A DNA stretch of 63,776 nt, the filler included, from an uncultured bacterium (GTDB taxonomy: Bacteria > Latescibacterota > UBA2968), in NCBI GenBank assembly GCA_964471275.1. It is 4 parts of 4 records of this genome, joined end to end, with 100 filler letters (N's around TTAATTAATTAA, not from the genome) between each part and the next. Parts side by side here need not be neighbours in the genome. Positions count along the whole stretch, not along the records: positions 17,870 to 35,630 come from CAYYGZ010000077.1; positions 35,731 to 53,334 come from CAYYGZ010000078.1; 2 more parts are not named here. The stretch is one strand, 5' to 3'. Each line of letters opens with the position of its first letter. Position 1 is the stretch's first letter. Of the stretch, positions 30,566 through 39,800 are shown piece after piece. Position numbers and translations under genes: made by a program. Under the pieces are notes generated by a model. The model had not been told where the DNA came from. It searched no databases and was given only the letters and a program-made list of their open reading frames with translations.

Positions 30566-32758
30566 ATGGATCGATTAACCGATTATGCGGACCCAGAGCA
30601 CGGATCTGATTCCGTACACCATTTCTCGAATGGGAATACATCGCCCTGGATCGCCGCTCCCTTCGGTATGACGCATTGGGCGCCGCAAACCGAGGAAGGA
30701 TCTCGTTTCTACAAGTCGACGGCGAGGCAGCTTCAGGGCGTTCGGGCGACGCATCAGCCAAGCCCCTGGATCGGCGATTACGGACACTTCCTCGTGATGC
30801 CGCAGATCGGGCCGAAGCTGTTCAGCGTGAGACGTCGATCCAGCGTATTTCGACGGGGCGACACGACGATCAAACCGCACCTCTTCGAAACATTTCTTGG
30901 TCGGTACAGGACCCATCTGGCCATGACTGCGACGGAGCGATGTGCGTGTTTCCGCTTCCGTTTCCCTTCAGACACGACCGGCCGCATTCTGGTAGAAGGC
31001 ATCAAGAACGCCTCATGGTTCCAGGTCTCCGGAAACCGTATTGAAGGCTACACGCGAGGAAATAACGGCGGCGTTCCCGATGACTTCGCCTGCTATATCT
31101 ATGGAGAGATCGACACGGATATCTCAGAAGCCTGTTTGTTTGTGGGCGACGATGCGTATGGCGGTGACCATGAGGGTAAACAGGTCGGTATCGCGATCGA
31201 TCTCTTGACAGGGGGCGAAGTGACCTTTCGCATTGCGACTTCATTTATCGGCATCGATCAGGCGAAGCAGAACTTCGATCGTGAAGTCGGTGGACGATCG
31301 TTCGACGACCTGGTGGAAAACAATCGCGACGTCTGGGAAGAGCGATTGGGGCGTATCGAGATCGAAGGAGCGACGGAAAAGCAGAAGGGAATCTTCTATT
31401 CCTGTCTGTATCGAACGCAGCTGTTCCCGCGTGTGTGGCACGAACTGGATGCGGGCGGAAATCCTATCCACTACAGTCCGTATGACGGCCAGATTCACGA
31501 AGGCGTTCTCTACGCAGACAACGGTTTCTGGGACACACATCGCACGGTCTATTCGTTGATGTCGATCATTGATCCGCCGAGATTGAGTGAGATGGTGGAA
31601 GGATGGACGAATGCGGCAAAAGAGGGTGGCTGGTTTCCGAAGTGGTCCAGCCCCGGATACCGAGCATGCATGATCGGCACGCACCTGGATGCGGTGGTGG
31701 CTGATGCATATGTGAAGGGATGTCGCGACTTCGATCTTGAAGCTGCTTATGCGGCGATGCGCAGGGACGCGACTGAGGCAGGTAATGATGAGGGGTCGTA
31801 TGGCCGTGCGGGCATCGAGCGGTACGATCAGCTGGGCTATGTGCCGTCCGATCAGTTCGAGCACGCCGCATCCCGAACGATGGATCATGCCTATACAGAT
31901 TTCTGTGTGGCCCAGGTTGCCAGAGGACTCGGGCATTCGGAGGACGCCAGGCGCTTTTTCGATCGGGCCATGAACTACAGGAATACCTTCGACAAGCCGA
32001 TTGGATTTGCCCGGGGCCGCAGAAGTGACGGCACGTTCGATGAGCCGTTTAACGAATTCGAGTGGGGCGGTCCATACATCGAGGGATCCGCGTGGCAGTG
32101 CACGTGGGCAGTTCCGCACGATCCGGCGGGGATGGCTGAACTGATGGGTGATCGTGAGGCGACGATCTCGAAGTTGGATCGGATGCTCGAACTGCCGCCC
32201 GTCTTCGATATCGGTAACTATGGACGTGAGATCCACGAGATGACAGAAATGGCCGCAGTAGAGTTCGGCCAGTATGCGCATTCAAACCAGCCGGTTCACC
32301 ACGTGCTGTTCCTGTATACGGCAATGGGGGTGCCGTCGAGGACGCAATACTGGATGCGGCGGGTTCTGAACGAACTTTACGGTTCGGGGCCGGAGGACGG
32401 TTTTGCCGGCGATGAGGACAATGGTGAGATGACGGCCTGGTATGTGTTTGGCGTGCTCGGATTCTACCCGCTATGCCCGGGACATCCCACCTACGCGCTC
32501 GGAGCGCCGTTGTTTGAGAAGGCAACGATTAAATCGCCGGATGGCGAGGCGTTTGTCGTGGAGGGAATCGGGAACCGGACTGATACGCCGTATGCGAATC
32601 GAATCAGCCTCGGTGGAGAGGAGTTGGCGAGGTTGTTTCTGAAGCAAGAAGAGATCGCCGAAGGCGGCCGATTGGCATTTGAGATGACGGATTCGCCCGA
32701 TGACCGCATATACGATGAAAAGGATTTGCCGTTTTCGCTGTCTCGGACGAAAGGGTAG
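30566..32758 (+). CDS. GH92 alpha-mannosidase
   Basis: PFGMTHWAPQT, HQPSPWIGDYG, WDTHRT, MIGTH, YIEGSAWQ, HSNQP, GDEDNGEM.AWYVF; GGAGGT RBS. Confidence 0.93.
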   Translation: MDRLTDYADPEHGSDSVHHFSNGNTSPWIAAPFGMTHWAPQTEEGSRFYKSTARQLQGVRATHQPSPWIGDYGHFLVMPQIGPKLFSVRRRSSVFRRGDTTIKPHLFETFLGRYRTHLAMTATERCACFRFRFPSDTTGRILVEGIKNASWFQVSGNRIEGYTRGNNGGVPDDFACYIYGEIDTDISEACLFVGDDAYGGDHEGKQVGIAIDLLTGGEVTFRIATSFIGIDQAKQNFDREVGGRSFDDLVENNRDVWEERLGRIEIEGATEKQKGIFYSCLYRTQLFPRVWHELDAGGNPIHYSPYDGQIHEGVLYADNGFWDTHRTVYSLMSIIDPPRLSEMVEGWTNAAKEGGWFPKWSSPGYRACMIGTHLDAVVADAYVKGCRDFDLEAAYAAMRRDATEAGNDEGSYGRAGIERYDQLGYVPSDQFEHAASRTMDHAYTDFCVAQVARGLGHSEDARRFFDRAMNYRNTFDKPIGFARGRRSDGTFDEPFNEFEWGGPYIEGSAWQCTWAVPHDPAGMAELMGDREATISKLDRMLELPPVFDIGNYGREIHEMTEMAAVEFGQYAHSNQPVHHVLFLYTAMGVPSRTQYWMRRVLNELYGSGPEDGFAGDEDNGEMTAWYVFGVLGFYPLCPGHPTYALGAPLFEKATIKSPDGEAFVVEGIGNRTDTPYANRISLGGEELARLFLKQEEIAEGGRLAFEMTDSPDDRIYDEKDLPFSLSRTKG

Positions 32759-32831
32759 GAAGCGAGATCCTGTCTGTTCGACGGGTTTGAGTTTCTCAAC
32801 GAAGCTGCTACGCTGACCCGTCGATCGAGGA

Positions 32832-33596
32832 TTACTCGTAGAGGTTCTCTGTCGGTATGTCCGTGATCATGGCGTGACCGGGTGTGTAGGAGATCATGAA
32901 CGGGAGCCTGGCCTGTTCAGCAACGATGCGAGGTGTGATGCCACAGGCCCAGTAGAGTCGGTCAGTTCCCGGAGGGACTTCGAATCGGTGACCGTTCATG
33001 TTGACGTCTAGGTCTTCTATCCCGAGCTCGTCTGCGTTATTCTTTCCGATCGGAGCACCGTGGCAGCCGGGAAAATGACTGGTGAACTCCCACACGTCGT
33101 CAACAAGGTTGGGTTCGAAGGAGCGTATCGTGACGGCCATGTTGCCCGAGAAGGGCCCCACTGGCTCGCAGGTACGTGAAGTCAGCTGGATGGTTGGACC
33201 GAAGGCCGTGGGATAGCCTTTCTCCGCGAGGAGACCGTCAAAGGAAACGCTGGAGCCGATCAGAAAGGTGACCGTGTCATTGTCGAAGAGATCAAGGATG
33301 TCCTGACGGAGTTCGGTCACCTCGCCATTGCGAACGATATCGTAGGAGCCCAGATCGGTTCTGATATCCAGGTCTTGCGCGAATTCCGGGCAATCCGTCT
33401 GGCCCGGTTTCAGACGTGCGATGAGCGGGCACGGCTTGGGGTTCGCACGACAGAATGCTTCGAAATCATCTGCATACCGCACATCCAGAAATGCGACATT
33501 GACGCACAGGTAGCCCGGGAGGGCGCGAGAGGCGAATTCCTTGAGTTGATTCTCACGGCAGGCCATCCTGACATCAAGCGGGGTCTCAAACGCCAT
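32832..33596 (-). CDS. DUF1445 / D-glutamate cyclase-like putative hydro-lyase
   Basis: PGY..VN, FCRANPKPCPLI, DIRTD, FLIGSS.SFD, HGAP, WACGITP, TPGHAMITD. Confidence 0.85.
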   Translation of the reverse strand: MAFETPLDVRMACRENQLKEFASRALPGYLCVNVAFLDVRYADDFEAFCRANPKPCPLIARLKPGQTDCPEFAQDLDIRTDLGSYDIVRNGEVTELRQDILDLFDNDTVTFLIGSSVSFDGLLAEKGYPTAFGPTIQLTSRTCEPVGPFSGNMAVTIRSFEPNLVDDVWEFTSHFPGCHGAPIGKNNADELGIEDLDVNMNGHRFEVPPGTDRLYWACGITPRIVAEQARLPFMISYTPGHAMITDIPTENLYE

Positions 33597-33623
33597 GTTT
33601 TGCTCCAGTGTGACGAGATCTCA

Positions 33624-34739
33624 TCATTCGATCGGGGTCAGGGCAGGATCCCAGTTTCCTAGCGGATCACCTTCGTGTTTGAGCCATCGATCCATCCAGC
33701 TCAGCAATGACTTCTGAGACAAATCCGAAATGAAGTGGCCATCACCGAAGGCGAGGAATGCGTGTGCTGATTCGCGATCGAGAAGCCGGTAGAGTTCGTG
33801 GACCTTGAGGTGCATCATCGTACGGTGGCTCTGAGACTGCGGATCACCGTCGTTCAACGCGTATCGATCGAGCACGGGGCGGGGTGCGATGAGCGCGAAC
33901 ATTTCGTGGAAATCACACTGAACGGTTTCTCCGGCCAGGAACTGCTCTCTGATTTGTGGAAAGTAGATATACCAGAAGTCTCTCGACCAATGGAGCGGAT
34001 TCGGGTTCTCGCGGAAGGTCTGTGCGCTGCAGCTCGGGACGGCACACGCGATACGATCGTCGTAGGCCGCCAGCCAAATGGCCCCGTGTCCGCCGAGCGA
34101 ATGACCGGTTACGCCCAGACTGTCCGCGTTGACGTCCGATCGCGAAGCAAGAACCGTGGTCGCGATGACGCTGTCATAGACATACTTTCCGACGGCCGAC
34201 CAGTTTGGATGTTTGCGGTAGAAGGCTGTAGTTTCGTATGGACCTTCCTCAGGCATACGAGAGGCGCAGCAGAAGTGTTCCGGTGAGATTGTGACATATC
34301 CGTGTCGGACGAGGTGTCTTGCGAAATCCTTTCCTTCGACACCGCCCTTGTCTGCGTGGGGATCGCCCAGCTCCGGTGGCAGTCCCAGCGTTCGCCGTGC
34401 GCCCCAGTTGGTTGTTCCGTGTAGGCAAACGACGCCTGGGAATCCGTTCTCTGGCATCGCTTGGTTCGGGATGCCGATGTAGGCGTGCGCACGCTCATCG
34501 GTCTCGACCTGATAGCTGACGTACTGGATGTGGAAATCACCGGCATCCCATTCACTTTCGACGCGGAGATCGGGCTCGAACGCTGGTGCGGGCGCAGCGT
34601 CATCGCAGAGCAGATCAAGAAATCTTGTGTGGACGGTTTTACGTTTCTCTGCCCACGACTCAGGTGAATCAATCCCCTCGAGCAGATCGTCCCAGCTGGT
34701 TGTTATCGGAGTCGGTGGCCACTCGGAGGTATGGGGCAT
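33624..34739 (-). CDS. Alpha/beta hydrolase (dienelactone hydrolase/esterase-like)
   Basis: PGVVCLHGT, GHSLGG nucleophile elbow, DFHEMFALIAPRP, C-terminal GHF. Confidence 0.85.
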   Translation of the reverse strand: MPHTSEWPPTPITTSWDDLLEGIDSPESWAEKRKTVHTRFLDLLCDDAAPAPAFEPDLRVESEWDAGDFHIQYVSYQVETDERAHAYIGIPNQAMPENGFPGVVCLHGTTNWGARRTLGLPPELGDPHADKGGVEGKDFARHLVRHGYVTISPEHFCCASRMPEEGPYETTAFYRKHPNWSAVGKYVYDSVIATTVLASRSDVNADSLGVTGHSLGGHGAIWLAAYDDRIACAVPSCSAQTFRENPNPLHWSRDFWYIYFPQIREQFLAGETVQCDFHEMFALIAPRPVLDRYALNDGDPQSQSHRTMMHLKVHELYRLLDRESAHAFLAFGDGHFISDLSQKSLLSWMDRWLKHEGDPLGNWDPALTPIE

Positions 34740-34875
34740 TCTTGATCACCTGTATTGGTGCAGAAGGGCGTTGAGATAAATGTGGCTGAGTTGGTCGGAC
34801 GGACCTGAATAACCGGCGATAGCCAGAGGTTCGATGGCTCATCTGTGGCAAGACAATGGGAAGGGAGCGGCCTTC

Positions 34876-35630
34876 TCAATGCGTCACGTGAATCAGTTCG
34901 ACAATGCCCGCGTCCCCGTCGATCGTGATCCGCTGCCCGTCCTGGATGACGCGAGACGCTTCCTTGGTCTGCATGACGGATGGGATCTTGTATTCGCGAG
35001 CAACCAGTGCAGCGTGCTGTGAAAGCGATCCCGAATCCAGAACCAGCCCGCCGATGGTGGCGAAGAGTGGTGTCCAGTCAGGGCCGACGTTGGGTGCGAC
35101 CAGAATATCACCAGGATGAATATGGGGATGTTCATCCTGATCAGGACGAGCTACCACCGCCCGTCCCGTCACCCGTCCGCTCGAAGCGCTGGCGCCCCGG
35201 ATGATGTCGCCATCCAGTCCTGCTGACTGATCTCCGCTGTTTCGAGATCCTAGTTTCCTCAGCTTCTTGCCCAGTGATGCTGGCGCGTTCATTCGCTTGC
35301 GACGTTCGCGTTCTTCCGTACGATCGACCACCTGTTCTCTCAGGTCTGTGTGCTCATTCCGTTGCGCAATCTGCTTGAGTTCCTGGATCGAGAAGTGGAA
35401 TACATCATCGGCTGCGTCGATCTGTCCCCGCTCGACAAGGCAAGTACCCACGCCGTGGATGGCTTCACGCATAGTGCCAATGGTGCACTGTTCCATGTAG
35501 TAGTTATGATCTTCGAGGAAGCGGACACCGATCCTCGCCTCAGCAAGCGCCTCATTGAACTTTGCCAGCTTCTCTGGCTCTGCCGCCAGCTGACGACGCA
35601 TCCGGGCGGTTGCGTTGTCCCGTTCCCTTC
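34876..35630 (-). CDS. PEP-utilizing enzyme with mobile phosphohistidine domain (5' part lost at gap)
   Basis: GASASSGRVTGRA, PGDILVA...GPDWTPLF, GSLSQHAALVAREYKIP, DGQRITIDGDAG. Confidence 0.85.
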
Positions 35631-35730
35631 NNNNNNNNNNNNNNNNNNNNNNNNNNNNNNNNNNNNNNNNNNNNTTAATTAATTAANNNNNNNNNNNNNN
35701 NNNNNNNNNNNNNNNNNNNNNNNNNNNNNN
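35631..35730. other. Artificial contig-joining spacer
   Basis: N44-TTAATTAATTAA-N44. Confidence 0.99.
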
Positions 35731-35963
35731 CAAACAGGTCAGAGCATTCGAGACGACTTCTCCTGTTCCAGTACTGCGCGATCGATGCCTGGCCACTTGG
35801 CTCTGCCGGCGACTGGGACAAGTTCAATAAGACGATCGTGCGTGGGCAACCGACAAACATCCCGCGTATTCGGGATGTTCCGGTCCGAATGCCCTTACCC
35901 GGATCAATCCTGTCCGGATCGATATACGAAACGCAGACAATCTTGAAAGATCGGAAACTCTAG
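35731..35963 (+). CDS. Phytanoyl-CoA dioxygenase (PhyH) family protein, C-terminal fragment
   Basis: Manual translation NRSEHSRRLLLFQYCAIDAWPL...IVRGQPT..PR...VPVRMPLP...GSIYETQ...KL*. Confidence 0.75.
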
Positions 35964-35965
35964 AA

Positions 35966-36727
35966 ATGAACTACCTGAAATCGGAGGATGTCGCCGCCTA
36001 CCACCAAGATGGATCTGTGATCGTGAAGGACCTCTTCTCATCTGATGAGGTCGCAGCGATGGTTGCATCGGTCGAACAGGGAGAACGAGTCGCCCGAACC
36101 ACGATGGATCGTGACGACGGGGACGGGCGGGTCACACGACTGGCTATCTGGCACGAGTTGGGAGATGATATCTGGTCTGCAGCATCGACCTCTCCCCGTA
36201 TCGTCAACAACGTGCGGATCCTGCTGGGTGAGGAGGCCTCCTTCTTCCACGGCAAGGTCATCTTCAAGGAAGCGGGCACGGGTGGGGCGTGGCAGTGGCA
36301 TCAGGACTATGGCTACTGGTACAACCAGGGATTCGCCTATCCCAGGATGATCAGCGTGTTTATTGCTCTGGACGAAGCAATCAGGGAGAACGGCTGTCTG
36401 CAGGTGCTGAGAGGCTCTCACCTGCTGGGTCGGCTTGACCACGGGAAGATCGGCGATCAGACCGGAACGGATGGGGACCGGATCACATCGGTCGAATCCT
36501 TGTTCGAACGCGACTACTGCGAGATGACTCCCGGATCGGTACTCTTCTTCCACTGCAATCTGCTGCACACGTCCGCCCAGAACACATCTGACAGGGATCG
36601 ACGTGCCTTCATCATCTGCTACAACGCACTCGACAATCCTCAGCTCACCGACCGGAAAACCTCAGAGCCACGGCCTTGCCCGGTGAGCGAGGACGACGCC
36701 ATCCTGGAAAAGCACGCGTCATCGTAG
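35966..36727 (+). CDS. PhyH-family Fe(II)/2-oxoglutarate dioxygenase
   Basis: WQWHQDYGYW, ENGCLQV.RGSH, FFHCNLLHTS..N.S...RR. Confidence 0.92.
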   Translation: MNYLKSEDVAAYHQDGSVIVKDLFSSDEVAAMVASVEQGERVARTTMDRDDGDGRVTRLAIWHELGDDIWSAASTSPRIVNNVRILLGEEASFFHGKVIFKEAGTGGAWQWHQDYGYWYNQGFAYPRMISVFIALDEAIRENGCLQVLRGSHLLGRLDHGKIGDQTGTDGDRITSVESLFERDYCEMTPGSVLFFHCNLLHTSAQNTSDRDRRAFIICYNALDNPQLTDRKTSEPRPCPVSEDDAILEKHASS

Positions 36728-36743
36728 CCTCCGGTCGATCGGA

Positions 36744-36801
36744 TAAGGAAGAGCCCCCAGCTCCTGCGAGACGATCGCAAGGTGCAGGGGGCTCTTCCTT
36801 A
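36744..36801. terminator. Long hairpin between convergent genes
   Basis: 15-bp perfect stem TAAGGAAGAGCCCCC / GGGGGCTCTTCCTTA plus imperfect inner stem. Confidence 0.75.
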
Positions 36802-36841
36802 CCGCCATTCCCCCCCGGATTGGCAAGCGTGTGTTTATCTC

Positions 36842-39800
36842 TTATGGCAAGCGGATCGACTTGAGTAGATCGCTGAAGGTTCCGAACAGCGATGAGTACG
36901 CCGGGCCGGTTACGTAGACCTCCTTCTCAGCAGCCAGAAGCTCTGAAAGCTGCTTGTATCCATCGAAGACTACACCTTCCTCCACACGGAATGTCCCTCG
37001 GTCGGGCGTGCCCTTGACGCCGAATACCGCCTCGACCACCGCCCCGTCCCCTGAGACCGATTCCCCTCCCGCTGAGATCGCGCTCGCGAGAAGCGTCCGT
37101 CCCTTCCCCAGATCCTTCACCAGCAGGAGCGGCGCCTCGGCACCGTTCTTCTCAAGCAGATTCGTCGACGGAAGTCGTGCACCGAGAAACTCGAAGCCCT
37201 GCGTGTCGTGTGTGAGTTCGAATCCCCAGGCCTTCATCTCATTCGCTCCGAACATCGAAACGGACAGAACAAGACGATCGCCGTCGCTCTCTTCTTCCTT
37301 CAGCTTGAGCGAAACGTCAGGCGACAGCGATGGCTGCTGGCCCGGTCCCATCAGCGCACCCAGACCGGGTTTCGCGCGAGCCGAACTCGGTGCGTCGACG
37401 ACCGTCTTTCCGAAGTGAATCGTCAGAATCAGGAAGTCGGCAAAATCGACCCGGCCGTCTGTGTTCAGATCTGCGCTCGCATTGTAACGGAGATCCGTCG
37501 ACGTGTAACCGAAGGCATCGGCGAAGGCCACGAAGTCATTGAAATCGACCCGGGGGTCCACATCCGGAAGAATAAGGCCCAGAACTTCCTCGCCGTTCGC
37601 GTCGTGATACGCGGTCGCGCTTCCCGCGATGCCGATTACGATCGGATCACCCAGATTCGGCAGAGCAGAGACGTGCTCGATATCGATCAGCATCACGTCG
37701 GCAAGTGAGAGCATCGTCTGAGAGGAGGTCTGGATCGCTTTGAGCCTTACCGTGCCCAGAGTCCCTTTGCCGGACCCACCGATCTCAGTCCTGCCGATGA
37801 CGGAATTCACGATGCCCAGATCACCATCCAGGATCTTGCCCGCAACATCCGTTCGGTAGTTCTCCAGGATCGAACCGTTTGATACAAGATCTACCGCCGC
37901 CAGCACCGATGGATCGTATTGCAGGTGGAACTCGTATGTCCGAACGGCAACAGCCCCGTCTACTTCGACGGTCACATCGAAAGTGTCGCCGACCTGAACC
38001 GAGGTAGCGGGTGCGCCCGAGATGGAGACGATCGCTTCCGTGTTGCTGCCGTCGATGATGGCTTGCTTGAATGTCGGAGTGACGGGTCTGATCCGATTGG
38101 TCGCGTTCGTATTGTCGGTCAGGTTCACCGCTGAATAATCCTTGTCCGTCGCGTTCACGATACCGTCTCTGGTGACATCAGTAAAGGGATTGAAATTCGC
38201 ATCACCGGTCTGCGAGAACAGGGCGTTGTTGATCGCGTTCAGATCAGCCACATCAATGAAGTTGTCAGGCAGACTCGCGCCCGTGCTGTCGCTGACGCCA
38301 GCGACATCTCCCGCGATGAGGAAGCCCCGATCGACACCCAGCCCATCGATCGTCGGCTGCAGGTTCGGCAAACTCGCGCCCGGGTACACGTCCAGCGTGT
38401 CGTGCCCGGCGAGATGCCGGTCGGCCTTTGCCACGAGAATGAAACGCCCCGAGGGTATGGAACGCAGTTCGAAATCCCCGTTGACACCCATGGTCTGAAC
38501 CTGGACACCGGACCGCGCAGCATCGATATCGTTCTCCACAAAGAAGGGATCGACGACCTCATCGAAACTGCCGACCTCTCTCAGGAAGAACGTAATCGTA
38601 TCGGCTGACACCGATCGTCCCTGCAGTGGCACCGTACCGGTCAGCCCCCCCCTCGGTAGAATTCGCACCTCGATCGGCGGGGGGATACTGGCGCCGATGT
38701 CGGTTCCGAAAGGTGGGATCAGCATCTTGCTTCGACGAGGATCCTGACTGTCGATGGAAATGAATGTCTGAACGACAGAGCCACCCGTTAGTGGGTTCGC
38801 CTTGAAGTTTGCGTAGGCCAGGGTCTGGACGCCGTCGAAGAACGTCAGACCACTGTTCTGATCGGTGTAGATGAACTCGAAGCTGAGATTGCCGTCGATC
38901 ACCTGTGCGATTTGCTGAACGTTGGATGCACTGATCTGAGGGTTCGACCCGAGCGTGAACGGTTGAATACCTGCCATCGAGGCATCCGTGTCGATCGGCT
39001 CGAACAGCGTATCGTCGAACGACATGAAGATATCCACGATATCGATCTGAAGCCCCGTTGCGTTGCCGTCATCAGGCGTAATCGGAATACGCAGCGTGTC
39101 ATCTTCTATCGCAAACATCTTTGGCGGAACGATGAAGCGAACGGAAGTTGCCGGGCTGGCCGGGACAAGCCCCGTGAACGTGATCCGACCGGGAGCCTTG
39201 ACGAGCGGCGTGGTCGCGAGGAAGCTCGCAGGTTGATCACCTACGATCCCGTCAAGCGAACCACCGCCGTCTATGGCCAGATACAGAAAATATGTCTCAC
39301 CAAACCCGCCATTTGTCTGAAGCTCGAGATCGGCTGAGGATGCACCCACACCAAGATTGTTACGCAACCGGTTTCCGACAATGACGAAGGAGGTGTCGAC
39401 ACCTTCGTTCAGCTCGATCTCGCTGCCCAACGACCCATCGGTCGAGTTTGCCAGCCACATTCGGTTGATTTCCGTCGAGCTGCTGATCGTGCCCCAGGTG
39501 GTCACTTGACCGAAATCCGCCGACGTCAGGATAATCCTGATGTTGGGAGAACTTGCGGAACCGTCAGCCGCGACCAATCCCGCTGCCGCAGGCGTACCGA
39601 CAGACCCGCCGTTGTCGACATCCTTGGCCTCCCAGGAGACGATAATGGGATCCTCGACGGATACCTGGATGTCCTGAGCCGGCTGGAGACCGCGGATATA
39701 GGGTGGATGCTGGAAAACGATGCCTCTTGCACTCGATCCACTCTCTGTGAAGGAAATGAGGCGGGACGTACTGCCGCCGGTAATGATGCCGTAGATGTAG

